Source: Patescibacteria group bacterium (lineage in GTDB: Bacteria; Patescibacteriota; Minisyncoccia; JAHIHE01; JAGLIN01). From it: DNA of 54,187 nucleotides. Position numbers and translations under genes: made by a program. The notes below the pieces were generated by a model, which saw only the letters and a program-made list of their open reading frames with translations, was not told the origin of the DNA and ran no database searches. Location of the stretch: NCBI GenBank assembly GCA_019428855.1, contig JAHYJV010000004.1:1-54187 (forward strand). Direction: 5' to 3'. Shown piece by piece: positions 36,848 to 46,403 of the stretch (positions are counted from its first letter, which is position 1; the number at the start of each line of letters is the position of its first letter).

Positions 36848-37405
36848 TTAATTTGTGATTTTATAAATACAGATAGCATCTATTATCTTGCACTCTGAAT
36901 CTTTTATATTTTCAAGCCTAGCAGTTAATCGAAAGCTTTTACCATCGGAAGATTGATAAGTATAATAATATTCAGGATCTTTTGGGTCTTTTAAGCTATC
37001 TTTACCTGTAAAATTAACAAGATTTTTACTTATTTCTGAATCTTGATTAGATAATTTAGTTTCTTCTATGCTCAATGGATAGTTTCCATTGTTCACATCG
37101 GCATATAATTGAAGTGCAAATTTTATATCTCTTAAGTTGGCTTTCCGAAGTTGATCATTAGCTTTGCCAAACTTATCTAATATGAAATCTGCTGCTTCTG
37201 TATGCTCCTTCTTGACATCTTGATTATTATTTTCAGCTTTTATATCGCTTATATCTTGTTGAGAAATATTTCTCTTACTATCTAAGATTGAAATAATATC
37301 ATTTTTGAAAAAATAGACTGACAAAATAGGCAATAAAACAATTAGAAGAATTAATATCTTACTCGGACCTTTTCTTCTATTTTTAATTATATTGTCATTT
37401 TCCAT
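36848..37405 (-). CDS. Anchored pilin-like-domain protein
   Basis: 185 aa with a TM anchor, ANLRDIKFALQLYADVNNGNYP, and DPKDPEYYYTYQSSDGKSFRLTARLENIKDSECKIIDAICIYKI. No G/FTLIE prepilin cleavage motif is present. Confidence 0.7.
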   Translation of the reverse strand: MENDNIIKNRRKGPSKILILLIVLLPILSVYFFKNDIISILDSKRNISQQDISDIKAENNNQDVKKEHTEAADFILDKFGKANDQLRKANLRDIKFALQLYADVNNGNYPLSIEETKLSNQDSEISKNLVNFTGKDSLKDPKDPEYYYTYQSSDGKSFRLTARLENIKDSECKIIDAICIYKITN

Positions 37406-37441
37406 GTTTTTATATTATTAGTTATTATTAGAAAAACAATA

Positions 37442-37551
37442 TTGTTCGAGTGGAGCGGTAGCGAAATCGAGAACTGGGTCGTATAATATATTTACCGAAG
37501 AACTGTTTTGCATGGCACGGACTTCTCGACTCGTTACTCTCGCTCGAATAA
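37442..37551. repeat. Palindromic element, variant of family 1
   Basis: ttgttcgagtggagcggtagcgaaatcgagaac pairs with the inverted copy cttctcgactcgttactctcgctcgaataa. Confidence 0.5.
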
Positions 37552-37617
37552 TATTTAAGATAGTTTGAAGAATATTATAAATTTATTACCATTTACCCCA
37601 ATCCCCTTGTATCAATT

Positions 37618-37851
37618 TCATTTTTTCTCACGACTCCAATCTTTGATTTGTATTTCCCTTTTTCTCGCTGTTTCAAGATTATCATATTCTTCGACATAAA
37701 CCACCTCCTTTGGTTTGTGCCTATGAGTAAATTTTGAACCAATATTATTGACATGCTAGGACCATCTCAAATCTGGTTTCCATGTCATACCGGTATAATA
37801 ATATCCATCTATGCATTCAATAATATAAAAATACCATTTCCAGTTTTCCAT
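37618..37851 (-). pseudogene. GIY-YIG (UPF0213-type) small nuclease gene interrupted by an in-frame TAG
   Basis: Hand translation gives MENWKWYFYIIECIDGYYYTGMTWKPDLRWS*HVNNIGSKFTHRHKPKEVVYVEEYDNLETARKREIQIKDWSREKK*. The TAG is at 37756-37758. Both halves match the family. Confidence 0.75.
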
Positions 37852-37897
37852 GTTATTATTATAACATTATTTTATAAATATTTCTACAGCTCAAGAA

Positions 37898-39058
37898 TTA
37901 TTTTAGTGCCTCAATCCCTGGCATTTTTTCTCCAGCTAAAAATTCAAGCATTGCTCCACCCCCAGTACAAACATAATCTACCTTATCAAGATATCCAAAC
38001 TGACTAAGGGCTGCAATGGTATCTCCTCCTCCAATTATTTTATATCCCTTTGATTTTACCATGGCTTCCGCAATTTTTCGAGTACCTGATGCAAATTTTT
38101 CATTTTCAAATTTTCCCATCGGACCATTCCAAATAATCATTTTTGAATCCACAATTATTTTTGAAAATAGTTCTTCCGTATCAGGACCGATATCCAGAAT
38201 TCTCTCGTCTCCAATTTTACCCACAGGAGTAAGTTCAACTCTCTTAATTTTTGAATTACAGACAATTACATCAAAGGGAATATACAATTTTTTATTATCA
38301 AGATCTATTTTTTTTGCTTCTTCGGGGTCTATATCGCCAATTAATGACTGACCCGTATCAATTCCCTTGGCTTTCAAAATCACATTTGCTACAACTCCGC
38401 CCACAAGAATATGATTATATTTATCCATAACAAACTTGATTATCGGCAATTTGGTTTCTGCTTTTGCACCTCCGATAATTATTGTCGCTGGTTTCTGGGG
38501 ATTATTTATAGCCTCTGAAAGAATCTTAACTTCTTTTTCCAAAAGAAATCCCGCATAGGATGGCAAAAATTTTGTAATTGCTGAAACGGAAGCATGAGCA
38601 CGATGCGAAACAGAAAAAGCATCGTTGACATAAATGTCAGCACTGCTCGCTAATTTCCTGGCAAACTCTTCATCGTCCTTTTCTTCCTCTTTATAAAATC
38701 GCAAATTTTCCAAAAGTACAATTTCGCCTGCTTGCATTTCATCCACAATTTCCTTCACCATATCTCCGACACAATCTGGAGCTCTCGTCACAGAAAGTTC
38801 AAGCAGTTCTGATAATCTATCTTGCACTGGTCCAAGTTTCATTTCTTCAACCACTTTTCCTTCTGGTCTGCCAAGATGAGCCATCAGAATAATTTTTGCT
38901 TCTTTTTTAAGCAAGTACTGAATCGTCGGCAAAACGGCCTTAATTCTCCAGTCTTCCTTGCCATCCACCACGCCGTCATCTCCCACTGGCACATTAAAAT
39001 CAACCCGCACCAGAACTTTTTTACCTTTTAAATTTTTAATTTCTCTTATTGATTTCAT
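37898..39058 (-). CDS. pgk: Phosphoglycerate kinase
   Basis: 386 aa with VLVRVDFNVP, IIGGAKAETK, WNGPMG(K)FE and GGGDTIAA. Confidence 0.96.
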   Translation of the reverse strand: MKSIREIKNLKGKKVLVRVDFNVPVGDDGVVDGKEDWRIKAVLPTIQYLLKKEAKIILMAHLGRPEGKVVEEMKLGPVQDRLSELLELSVTRAPDCVGDMVKEIVDEMQAGEIVLLENLRFYKEEEKDDEEFARKLASSADIYVNDAFSVSHRAHASVSAITKFLPSYAGFLLEKEVKILSEAINNPQKPATIIIGGAKAETKLPIIKFVMDKYNHILVGGVVANVILKAKGIDTGQSLIGDIDPEEAKKIDLDNKKLYIPFDVIVCNSKIKRVELTPVGKIGDERILDIGPDTEELFSKIIVDSKMIIWNGPMGKFENEKFASGTRKIAEAMVKSKGYKIIGGGDTIAALSQFGYLDKVDYVCTGGGAMLEFLAGEKMPGIEALK

Positions 39059-39533
39059 AACAAGATTTTAAAATAAAAAAATATACCTCTAAATTGTCAT
39101 AAATTTATTTTCATTTATAACTATTTAAGCTTATGTATATTATACCACTATATTTAAATGTGACAAAGACCAAACACAAACAAAATACCTGATTCAATAA
39201 TGATTTAAATTATTCAATATTGTGCAAAAAATACCCCAAATAAATATTTGAAGTACTAATTTTAGACTTTATATGTTTATTTTATTTTTTCAAATAATCA
39301 CAATCACCATTCCATTCTTTAAGGTGTACCCCTTGTCAAGACAGTAATATTTGTTGAATTAGGTGGATTTTTAAGTTTAAAAATTAGTAAAACTATACAA
39401 AAACCGACCATGCTCTTGGCGAAAACAACTAGCACCGATTCCTTTTGTATTTTATTTAATGTCATATAATTGTTTTATTGAATTATATTAAAACCATTGA
39501 CTTATTTATCTCAAATTATAAAGTGAATTAAAA

Positions 39534-39591
39534 TTGTCATGGTGAGCTTGTCGAACTATATCGTTGTCCATTCGACAAGCTCAGGATAACA
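39534..39591. repeat. Compact TGTCAT-type palindromic element (family 1)
   Basis: ttgtcatggtGAGCTTGTCGAActatatcgttgtccaTTCGACAAGCTCaggataaca, with a 12-bp perfect stem. Confidence 0.65.
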
Positions 39592-39654
39592 TTATGGATT
39601 AATTTATCATAACAAATAAAGTTAAATTATATTATAACACTGTTTAATTATATA

Positions 39655-39690
39655 TCAAAAAAAATACCCCACTCATAAAGTAAGGGTATT
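39655..39690 (-). terminator. Intrinsic terminator of the Ehr-like operon
   Basis: The minus strand reads aataccc-(14-nt loop)-gggtatt followed by a T8 run, about 20 nt after the stop of the large-subunit gene. Confidence 0.6.
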
Positions 39691-39710
39691 TCAAAAAAAT
39701 ATTCGAATAA

Positions 39711-41276
39711 TTATCTGTCGTAACCAGAATAGGAAAGATTAAAACTTTTGTTGATAAGCGGAAAATCGAGTAGTACACTTCCAACTGCAACATGTGGTAA
39801 GACTGACCAATTCAAAAATGATGCGTCGCGAGCTTGAACTCTGCTAATTTTTCCCTCATTATCTGTAGCGACAAAATAGACAATGCTACCCCGCCATCCT
39901 TCAGCAATTCCGATTGCCAAAGAATTTTTCTTGAAATTTGAAATTGAAGAAGTCTTGATTTCTCCTGCTGGCAATTCATTTAAGGCTTGATATATCAAAC
40001 TAAATGAGGAAGACACTTCTTTGACTCGAACCATAAATCTTGCATAAACATCGCCCTCTTTTTCAATTGCAATTGAAAGATTCAACTTTGAATAAGCGGC
40101 ATAGGAAAAATTGATTCTGGCATCAGATAAGATTCCAAGAGCCTTGGCTGAGACACCGCAAACTCCATGATCTTTGGCAATTTGAGAATCCATAGAACCA
40201 GTCCCCTTCAAGCGATTAATCAGCGAACTACTATCTAAAGCAATATTTATAAACTCTTTAAAATCTTTTTCAATTTCTTTTAGTTTAGAAGTTATTTCCA
40301 TTAAATCTGAAATTTCTTTTTTCACACCACCGATTGTGTTCACGCCTCGCAGAAAACGGCTGTCCGTCAATCGTTGATTAATTTGCATAATCATTTCTCT
40401 CAATCTTGCTCCATTACTTCCACCAAAGCTAAACCCAGCATCAAGCATAATAAAACCGATATCGTTGAAGTGATTTGCAATTCTTTCGAGTTCGGCAAAA
40501 ATAACTCGTAAATATTTCGCTCGAAGAGGAGCGGAAATGTCACCTATCAATTCCAAAGATTGACAAAAAGCGAGTGAATGACCGAAAGAACTATCGCCAG
40601 ATATTCTTTCTGAAAGAGCTATTTTCTTTTCCAAGGGCAGAACTTCAAAAAGTTTTTCGCTTCCCTTGTGAGTATAACCCAAAAGTGGTTCAAGATTTAT
40701 TATTTCTTCTCCAAGCATACTGAAGCGGAAATGACCCGGTTCAATTATTCCAGCATGCACTGGACCGACTGGAACTTCATAAATTCCCTCACCTCCAACC
40801 CTCTTAAATCGATGTGATTTTTCATGAGCCATTTCAATTTTTTTATTCCACGGGAAATCTTTTCTCAAAGGAAAAACATTTGCAGGCCAGTTTTCATGCA
40901 AAAGAACTTTTTCTGGATAATAATGACCAACTATCTGAAGTCCGAACATCGTCATAATTTCTCGCTCATACCAAGAAGTTTCATGAATGACCTTTACGAG
41001 TGATGGAAATTCTTCGGTATTTTGCAATTTGAGATATGGAACCAAAAAGAACTTTTCCCCTGGCAATCCAAAGACATAAAAAATTTTAAAAGAGTTATTT
41101 TCTTTTCTTTCGTCTATGGCTGTCATCGTCATTAGAGTCATCTTGTCTGCAAAATAAAGTTTCTGACAAACAGTTTCAATTTCGCTGACAGACACCTCAA
41201 AAAGAAGAAGATTATTTTTCTCTTCTACGGAACTTTGAGTAGGAATATATTTTTCAATTAATTCTTGTTTATTCAT
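39711..41276 (-). CDS. Fused NuoC-like + NuoD/HycE-like large subunit of a group-4-hydrogenase-related complex, lacking all NiFe cysteines
   Basis: 521 aa. The N-terminal half shows a 30-kDa/NuoC-type fold (WYEREIMTMFG). The large-subunit motifs read ERISGDSSFGHSLAFCQSLE (canonical R-x-C-G-x-C) and, at the C-terminus, NLSYSGYDR* (canonical D-P-C-x-x-C-x-x-R). Confidence 0.88.
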   Translation of the reverse strand: MNKQELIEKYIPTQSSVEEKNNLLLFEVSVSEIETVCQKLYFADKMTLMTMTAIDERKENNSFKIFYVFGLPGEKFFLVPYLKLQNTEEFPSLVKVIHETSWYEREIMTMFGLQIVGHYYPEKVLLHENWPANVFPLRKDFPWNKKIEMAHEKSHRFKRVGGEGIYEVPVGPVHAGIIEPGHFRFSMLGEEIINLEPLLGYTHKGSEKLFEVLPLEKKIALSERISGDSSFGHSLAFCQSLELIGDISAPLRAKYLRVIFAELERIANHFNDIGFIMLDAGFSFGGSNGARLREMIMQINQRLTDSRFLRGVNTIGGVKKEISDLMEITSKLKEIEKDFKEFINIALDSSSLINRLKGTGSMDSQIAKDHGVCGVSAKALGILSDARINFSYAAYSKLNLSIAIEKEGDVYARFMVRVKEVSSSFSLIYQALNELPAGEIKTSSISNFKKNSLAIGIAEGWRGSIVYFVATDNEGKISRVQARDASFLNWSVLPHVAVGSVLLDFPLINKSFNLSYSGYDR

Positions 41277-41285
41277 AATTGAGAT

Positions 41286-42740
41286 TTAAGAAAATAATTT
41301 AACAGAATTCAAAATCAAGGATTGTAAAAATGGCGGAATAACAAATCCGATACAGAAGAGAATAATAACAATCATAATCAAAGGGGAAATAGATAAGCCA
41401 TGTTCTTCCTCATTTATAATCCCAGCAGGAACTTCTCCAAAAAGCATAGTAGAAATATGTTTCATAAAACCTACAAAAGCAATTGCCAAACCAATAATTG
41501 CGAATGTCACAATAATAGGATGAGCTGAGATTCCGGCAGAGAGAATATAAAACTCAGTCAGAAATATTCCAAAAGGAGGCATGCCGATTATCGATAATAT
41601 TCCAGCAATAAACAGAATGCTTGTGATTGGTAAAGCAGTTAGAGTTCCTCTGACATCTGCAATTTTGGTTGAATTATATTTCAAAAATATATTTCCAGCA
41701 GAAAGAAAAAGAAGTGATTTAGTAAGAGCATGATATACCATATGAAGTAGTGCCGCATAAATTCCGATTCCACCAAATCCAAAGCCTAAAGTGATAAGAC
41801 CCATGTGTTCGATACTGGAATAGGCCAAAAGCCGCTTATAGTTTTGTGACACCGAAATCATAAACCCAGCGAAAAGAATTGAAATCATACCAAAAAATAA
41901 CATCAGGTTTTGTGTAAATTGCGGATCTATGGAAGTGTCTATCACAATTTTAAAACGCAAAATTGAATAAAGAGCGACATTTAAAAGCACACCAGATAAT
42001 AAACTACTAATTGGAACTGGTGCCTTGGAATGAGCATCAGGAAGCCAGGTATGCATGGGCACCAAGCCCATCTTTGTGCCATAACCAACTAAAAGGAAAA
42101 CGAAAGCAATCTTGATAACCGCAGGATTAAGACTAGAAGATAGTAATAGAATATCCTGCCATGTCACGAATCCCCCAATTGTCTCGTGAAGAGAAATTGA
42201 AGCTAAAAATATTAGCGTTCCCAAGAATGCCAATAGCAACCCAACTGAATTTATAACTAAATATTTCCAAGCTGCCTCAATTGAAGTTTTCTTGCTATAA
42301 AAACTAATTAAAAAAGCTGTTGAAAGAGTTGTTGCTTCAACTGCAACCCACATTAAAATTGGACTGGCAACCTGCACGGCGAATAGCATCGTAAAAAGAA
42401 AAGAGTGCAATAAAATATGATATTGTCGAACGCGACTAAAACCGATAGTCCCATTCTTAACCTCCGCACGCAAATATCCGATAGAATACACTGAAGCTGT
42501 AAAGCCAACGATTGCTATAATTAAAAGTAATATTGCTCCCAAGGAATCAACAAAAAAATATGGTGCCAATGAAGATGAGCCGTTCTCAAGAACAGTATAT
42601 ATTATTTTTGCCACCGTAAAAAATTCAATTACTGTCGCCAATAAAATAATATATTCCAAAAAGACTTGCTGTTTTCGTTTCACGAAAAAAGACGAAATTG
42701 CTGCTATAGCTGGAGTGAGAATAAGAATTAGTATTTCCAT
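41286..42740 (-). CDS. HyfF/NuoN/MrpD-like antiporter-type membrane subunit
   Basis: 484 aa, about 14 TM helices, with HTWLPDAHSKAPVPISSLLSGVLLNVALY. Confidence 0.88.
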   Translation of the reverse strand: MEILILILTPAIAAISSFFVKRKQQVFLEYIILLATVIEFFTVAKIIYTVLENGSSSLAPYFFVDSLGAILLLIIAIVGFTASVYSIGYLRAEVKNGTIGFSRVRQYHILLHSFLFTMLFAVQVASPILMWVAVEATTLSTAFLISFYSKKTSIEAAWKYLVINSVGLLLAFLGTLIFLASISLHETIGGFVTWQDILLLSSSLNPAVIKIAFVFLLVGYGTKMGLVPMHTWLPDAHSKAPVPISSLLSGVLLNVALYSILRFKIVIDTSIDPQFTQNLMLFFGMISILFAGFMISVSQNYKRLLAYSSIEHMGLITLGFGFGGIGIYAALLHMVYHALTKSLLFLSAGNIFLKYNSTKIADVRGTLTALPITSILFIAGILSIIGMPPFGIFLTEFYILSAGISAHPIIVTFAIIGLAIAFVGFMKHISTMLFGEVPAGIINEEEHGLSISPLIMIVIILFCIGFVIPPFLQSLILNSVKLFS

Positions 42741-42760
42741 ATTTTTTTAATCTTTAATCT

Positions 42761-43417
42761 TTAATCTTGCAATTTTTTTATTTCAGAAATGTTAAGAGAG
42801 CCAAAATTTTTATAAACCATTGAGATAAACACTACCGCAATCACAATCCAAACAGAAATATCAAAAAGAATACCAAGCTCGAGAACCAAAGTCTGTTTAA
42901 TTTCAATCAAAAAGGCAAAAGAGATAATACTATTTTCAAGATAAAGTATACCAATAATTTGAGAAAGCGCTCCGCGTCGATTGATTATCAAAAAAATTGA
43001 AGATAAAATACTTGCTATGGCAAACGGAATGGTCTTGTCCACTTTTTCTGACAGAGAAATGAGAACCTCAAAAACAGATGAATTGGCAAAAATCACAATA
43101 AACATCACAACGAAGAGAGTGACAGGAGTAGAAAGATATGAACTTGCTGATGATTTTACTTGATTATTATTAATCAGCTTCAAAAAGAAACGAGGTGCGA
43201 TAATGACTTTTACCAAAAACATAATGATGGCCGTTACAAGAAGAGTAATTGAAGATTCGGAATAGGAAATTAAAATCAGCATCAAAAAAACCACCGTAGA
43301 TTGAAGAAGATAGAACAAAACAAGATTCTTGTTTTTCTTTACCATCTGCGAAAAAACAACAATCAAGAATATGATAATTTCGGCAAAAAATAGAAATTGT
43401 AGAATTGAATAATCCAT
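42761..43417 (-). CDS. HyfE-like small membrane subunit
   Basis: 218 aa, about 7 TM helices. Size and position match HyfE of hydrogenase-4-type operons. Confidence 0.7.
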   Translation of the reverse strand: MDYSILQFLFFAEIIIFLIVVFSQMVKKNKNLVLFYLLQSTVVFLMLILISYSESSITLLVTAIIMFLVKVIIAPRFFLKLINNNQVKSSASSYLSTPVTLFVVMFIVIFANSSVFEVLISLSEKVDKTIPFAIASILSSIFLIINRRGALSQIIGILYLENSIISFAFLIEIKQTLVLELGILFDISVWIVIAVVFISMVYKNFGSLNISEIKKLQD

Positions 43418-43426
43418 ATATCTTAT

Positions 43427-44356
43427 TTAAATTACGGTTATTATAATGGCAATCATCCCCAAAACAAGTGAGGTCAAAAGCAAATCTGGAAGTCGAAAAA
43501 ATCTCAATTTCGCAATGGTTGATTCAAGGACAGCGATGCTTACTGCCATGACTAATATTTTTATCAAAAATAAAATCAAAGCAATCGCAACTGGCACGAT
43601 TTCAACATTTTGAGCAATTCCCCAAGGGAAAAATATACTTGTTCCTAAAGAAATAAAGATCAGAAGCTTGTTAGCCGCTGCCCACTCAACGAGTGCCAAT
43701 CTTTTTCCGGAATATTCCAAAATCATTGCTTCATGAATCATAGTCAGTTCAAGATGAGTAGCAGGATTATCAAATGGATATCGAGCACATTCCGCCAAAA
43801 GAGCAATATAAAAAGCAATAAATGCGATTACAACTGGTGCCAACATAGAGAATGGAACAACGGAAATAGCGTTGACCATTTCAGAAATATTGGCAGTTTT
43901 GGCAAGTAAAGCAACTGAGAACAACGAAAATATTAATCCACCTTCAGTCAAAGCAGCCACAGTCATTTCTCGGCTTGATCCCGTTCCCCCAAAAACACTT
44001 CCTGTATCCAAGCCAGCCAAGGCCAAGAAAAAAGTTCCAAGAGCAATCAAATAAACAAAGAGTAAGAAATCGCCCAAAGGAGAAAAAGTTGCCATGGTGC
44101 TGATCATCGGGATACCAGCTGAAATGACAATTGTGACGGCAAACAAAAGATATGGTGTGTAGCGAAAAATCCAAGAAGCAGTTTCAGAAATTACTTCATC
44201 CTTATGGAACAATTTCCAAAGATCACGATATGGCTGAAAAATACTCGCTCCTTGACGATTCTGAAATCGCGCTTTTATTTTTCTGATAATACCAACAATT
44301 AAAGGAGAAAGTCCCGGAATTAAAAGTGCTTGAAATATAAATAGTATGATTGACAT
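43427..44356 (-). CDS. HycD/HyfC/NuoH-like membrane subunit
   Basis: 309 aa, polytopic, with RKIKARFQNRQGASIFQPYRDLWKLF (typical NuoH/HycD N-terminal loop) and ECARYPFDNPATHLEL. Confidence 0.85.
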   Translation of the reverse strand: MSIILFIFQALLIPGLSPLIVGIIRKIKARFQNRQGASIFQPYRDLWKLFHKDEVISETASWIFRYTPYLLFAVTIVISAGIPMISTMATFSPLGDFLLFVYLIALGTFFLALAGLDTGSVFGGTGSSREMTVAALTEGGLIFSLFSVALLAKTANISEMVNAISVVPFSMLAPVVIAFIAFYIALLAECARYPFDNPATHLELTMIHEAMILEYSGKRLALVEWAAANKLLIFISLGTSIFFPWGIAQNVEIVPVAIALILFLIKILVMAVSIAVLESTIAKLRFFRLPDLLLTSLVLGMIAIIITVI

Positions 44357-44360
44357 TTTT

Positions 44361-46397
44361 TTATCGAGTTACCAAAATAAGTAAAATCACAATTGTGATA
44401 AGGATATATAAAAGATAAAAATTAACAATACCACATTGAATCCTCCTTAAGAAATTTGCAATTTTATATACAAAATTACTAATAGGACAATATAAATATT
44501 TGTTATATAGGTCATTCATTCTTAAACTAACAGTACTAGATTTGGTAAAATATTTTATATTTGAATCGTCATATTCTCTGTTAATTTGTTTAGTAGGTTT
44601 CAAAATTCCACTAAAAATCATTACGATTGACCTTGAAAAACTGGTTGCTGTAATTTCCATTCGTGGGGTTAGATTCCCTCCACAATCCCAAGTTGAATAA
44701 ATTTTTTCTTTCTGTCTTCGACTAATCCAATTAAAGAAAATAAATGAGAATACAAAAGTAAGAAGCAATGCTATTAAAACTGGAATTATTGCCAGAGAAG
44801 AAGAATTATTCTGTGTATGGAAAGTTATTCCTTCAACCAATACAAGCGAAATACCAGCAAAAATACTCAGACTTCCAGCAAGAGATTCCAAATATGGGAT
44901 TACGAAAATAGAAAATACTCCCAAGGCAAGACATGCCAAGGAAAGAACAGCCATTGGTAAACGAAGTAAAAGTGATGATTCTTTGGCATTTTCACTTTTT
45001 TGACTTCGCGGTTTTGCCAAAAAAGTAATTCCAAAGGCCTTCACGAAACAAGCAGCAGCAAGCCCACCTGTCAAAGCAAGAGATGCAATGCCAAAAATAA
45101 AAACACCTTTTGTAAAAATATCAAACTGCATCACTCCTAAAAAAAGAGCTTGAAAAGTCAGCCACTCGCTTACAAATCCATTAAAAGGAGGAAGAGCTGA
45201 AATTGAAATAGCACCTACTAGGAAAAATAAAGCTGTCTGAGGCATTATTTTTATCAATCCTCCGTATTCTTCAATATTTCTTGTACGAGTTGCGAGCACA
45301 ACTGAACCTGCCCCCAAGAAAAGGAGAGACTTGAAAATGGCATGATTCATCGTATGAAATAAAGCAGCGACCAAAGCTAGTAATGCGAGTGATTTCAAAT
45401 CAAAAGACAAAAATACCAAAGAACTACCAACGCCTAACAGAATTATACCGATATTTTCAACGCTGTGATAAGCAAGTAATTTTTTAATATCATGCTCACT
45501 AATGGCATAAAGAACTCCAAGAAGAGAAGAAATAGCACCGACAATAATAATCAACAATCCAAACCATAGAGGTGTAATTGGAATAACATCAAAGAATAAT
45601 CTTATCAGCATCAAAATTCCTGTTTTAATCATCACTCCAGACATAATCGCTGAAACTTGAGATGGTGCTGCTGGGTGAGCCTTCGGAAGCCAAATATGCA
45701 AAGGAATGATTCCAGCCTTAGTTCCAAATCCTGCTAACATCAGTAAAGATACAATCGAAATCCAAAAAGATGGCAAGCTTGAAACATTTTCGCGAATTAC
45801 ATCAAAATCAAAAGATCCTAAAAAGCTATACAAAATTAAAAAAGCTAACAGTATTCCACCTGTAGCAATATGTGTCATAATAAAATATAAAAATCCAGCC
45901 TTGATACTCTCCTTATGTTTATGTTCAAAAATCACGAGAAAATATGAAGTCAAGGACATAATTTCCCAAACAAAAAGGAAATATAAAGCATTGTTCGCCG
46001 ATGCGACCAAAATCATGCTCAAAATAAAAAAATTATAAAAAAACCCGAATAAACCGAGATTGTATTCTTTATAAAATTGTCTCATATAACCAATTGCATA
46101 AATACTGCTCAAAAGAGAAACTACGGAAATTATCAAAATAAAAAAAGCAGAAAGCATATCGATTTTCACATTGACTGGCAATAGTGAAAAAGTTAAGGGC
46201 AATTGCAAAGTATAAATATTATTATATAGCAAAACATTTCCGGATAATAAAATTCCAAATAATGAGCCAAGAGCAGCACAGGAATTTGCCCACCAGTTTG
46301 CCATATTATTATTTCGCCGAAAAAGAAGTGAGCCAATTGAACCCAGGACGAAAATTCCAGCTAAAATAAAAAATTCTTTTTGTAGTAATAGACCCAT
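44361..46397 (-). CDS. HyfB/HycC/NuoL-like antiporter-type membrane subunit
   Basis: 678 aa with HIWLPKAHPAAPSQVSAIMSGVMIKTG. Confidence 0.88.
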   Translation of the reverse strand: MGLLLQKEFFILAGIFVLGSIGSLLFRRNNNMANWWANSCAALGSLFGILLSGNVLLYNNIYTLQLPLTFSLLPVNVKIDMLSAFFILIISVVSLLSSIYAIGYMRQFYKEYNLGLFGFFYNFFILSMILVASANNALYFLFVWEIMSLTSYFLVIFEHKHKESIKAGFLYFIMTHIATGGILLAFLILYSFLGSFDFDVIRENVSSLPSFWISIVSLLMLAGFGTKAGIIPLHIWLPKAHPAAPSQVSAIMSGVMIKTGILMLIRLFFDVIPITPLWFGLLIIIVGAISSLLGVLYAISEHDIKKLLAYHSVENIGIILLGVGSSLVFLSFDLKSLALLALVAALFHTMNHAIFKSLLFLGAGSVVLATRTRNIEEYGGLIKIMPQTALFFLVGAISISALPPFNGFVSEWLTFQALFLGVMQFDIFTKGVFIFGIASLALTGGLAAACFVKAFGITFLAKPRSQKSENAKESSLLLRLPMAVLSLACLALGVFSIFVIPYLESLAGSLSIFAGISLVLVEGITFHTQNNSSSLAIIPVLIALLLTFVFSFIFFNWISRRQKEKIYSTWDCGGNLTPRMEITATSFSRSIVMIFSGILKPTKQINREYDDSNIKYFTKSSTVSLRMNDLYNKYLYCPISNFVYKIANFLRRIQCGIVNFYLLYILITIVILLILVTR

Positions 46398-46403
46398 AGA
46401 TTT

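Noticed and set aside
39319-39465. A 48-aa minus-strand ORF (MTLNKIQKESVLVVFAKSMVGFCIVLLIFKLKNPPNSTNITVLTRGTP) in the pgk-upstream spacer.
   Set aside because: It has no Shine-Dalgarno sequence and no recognisable family. The spacer is rich in repeats. The evidence is insufficient.
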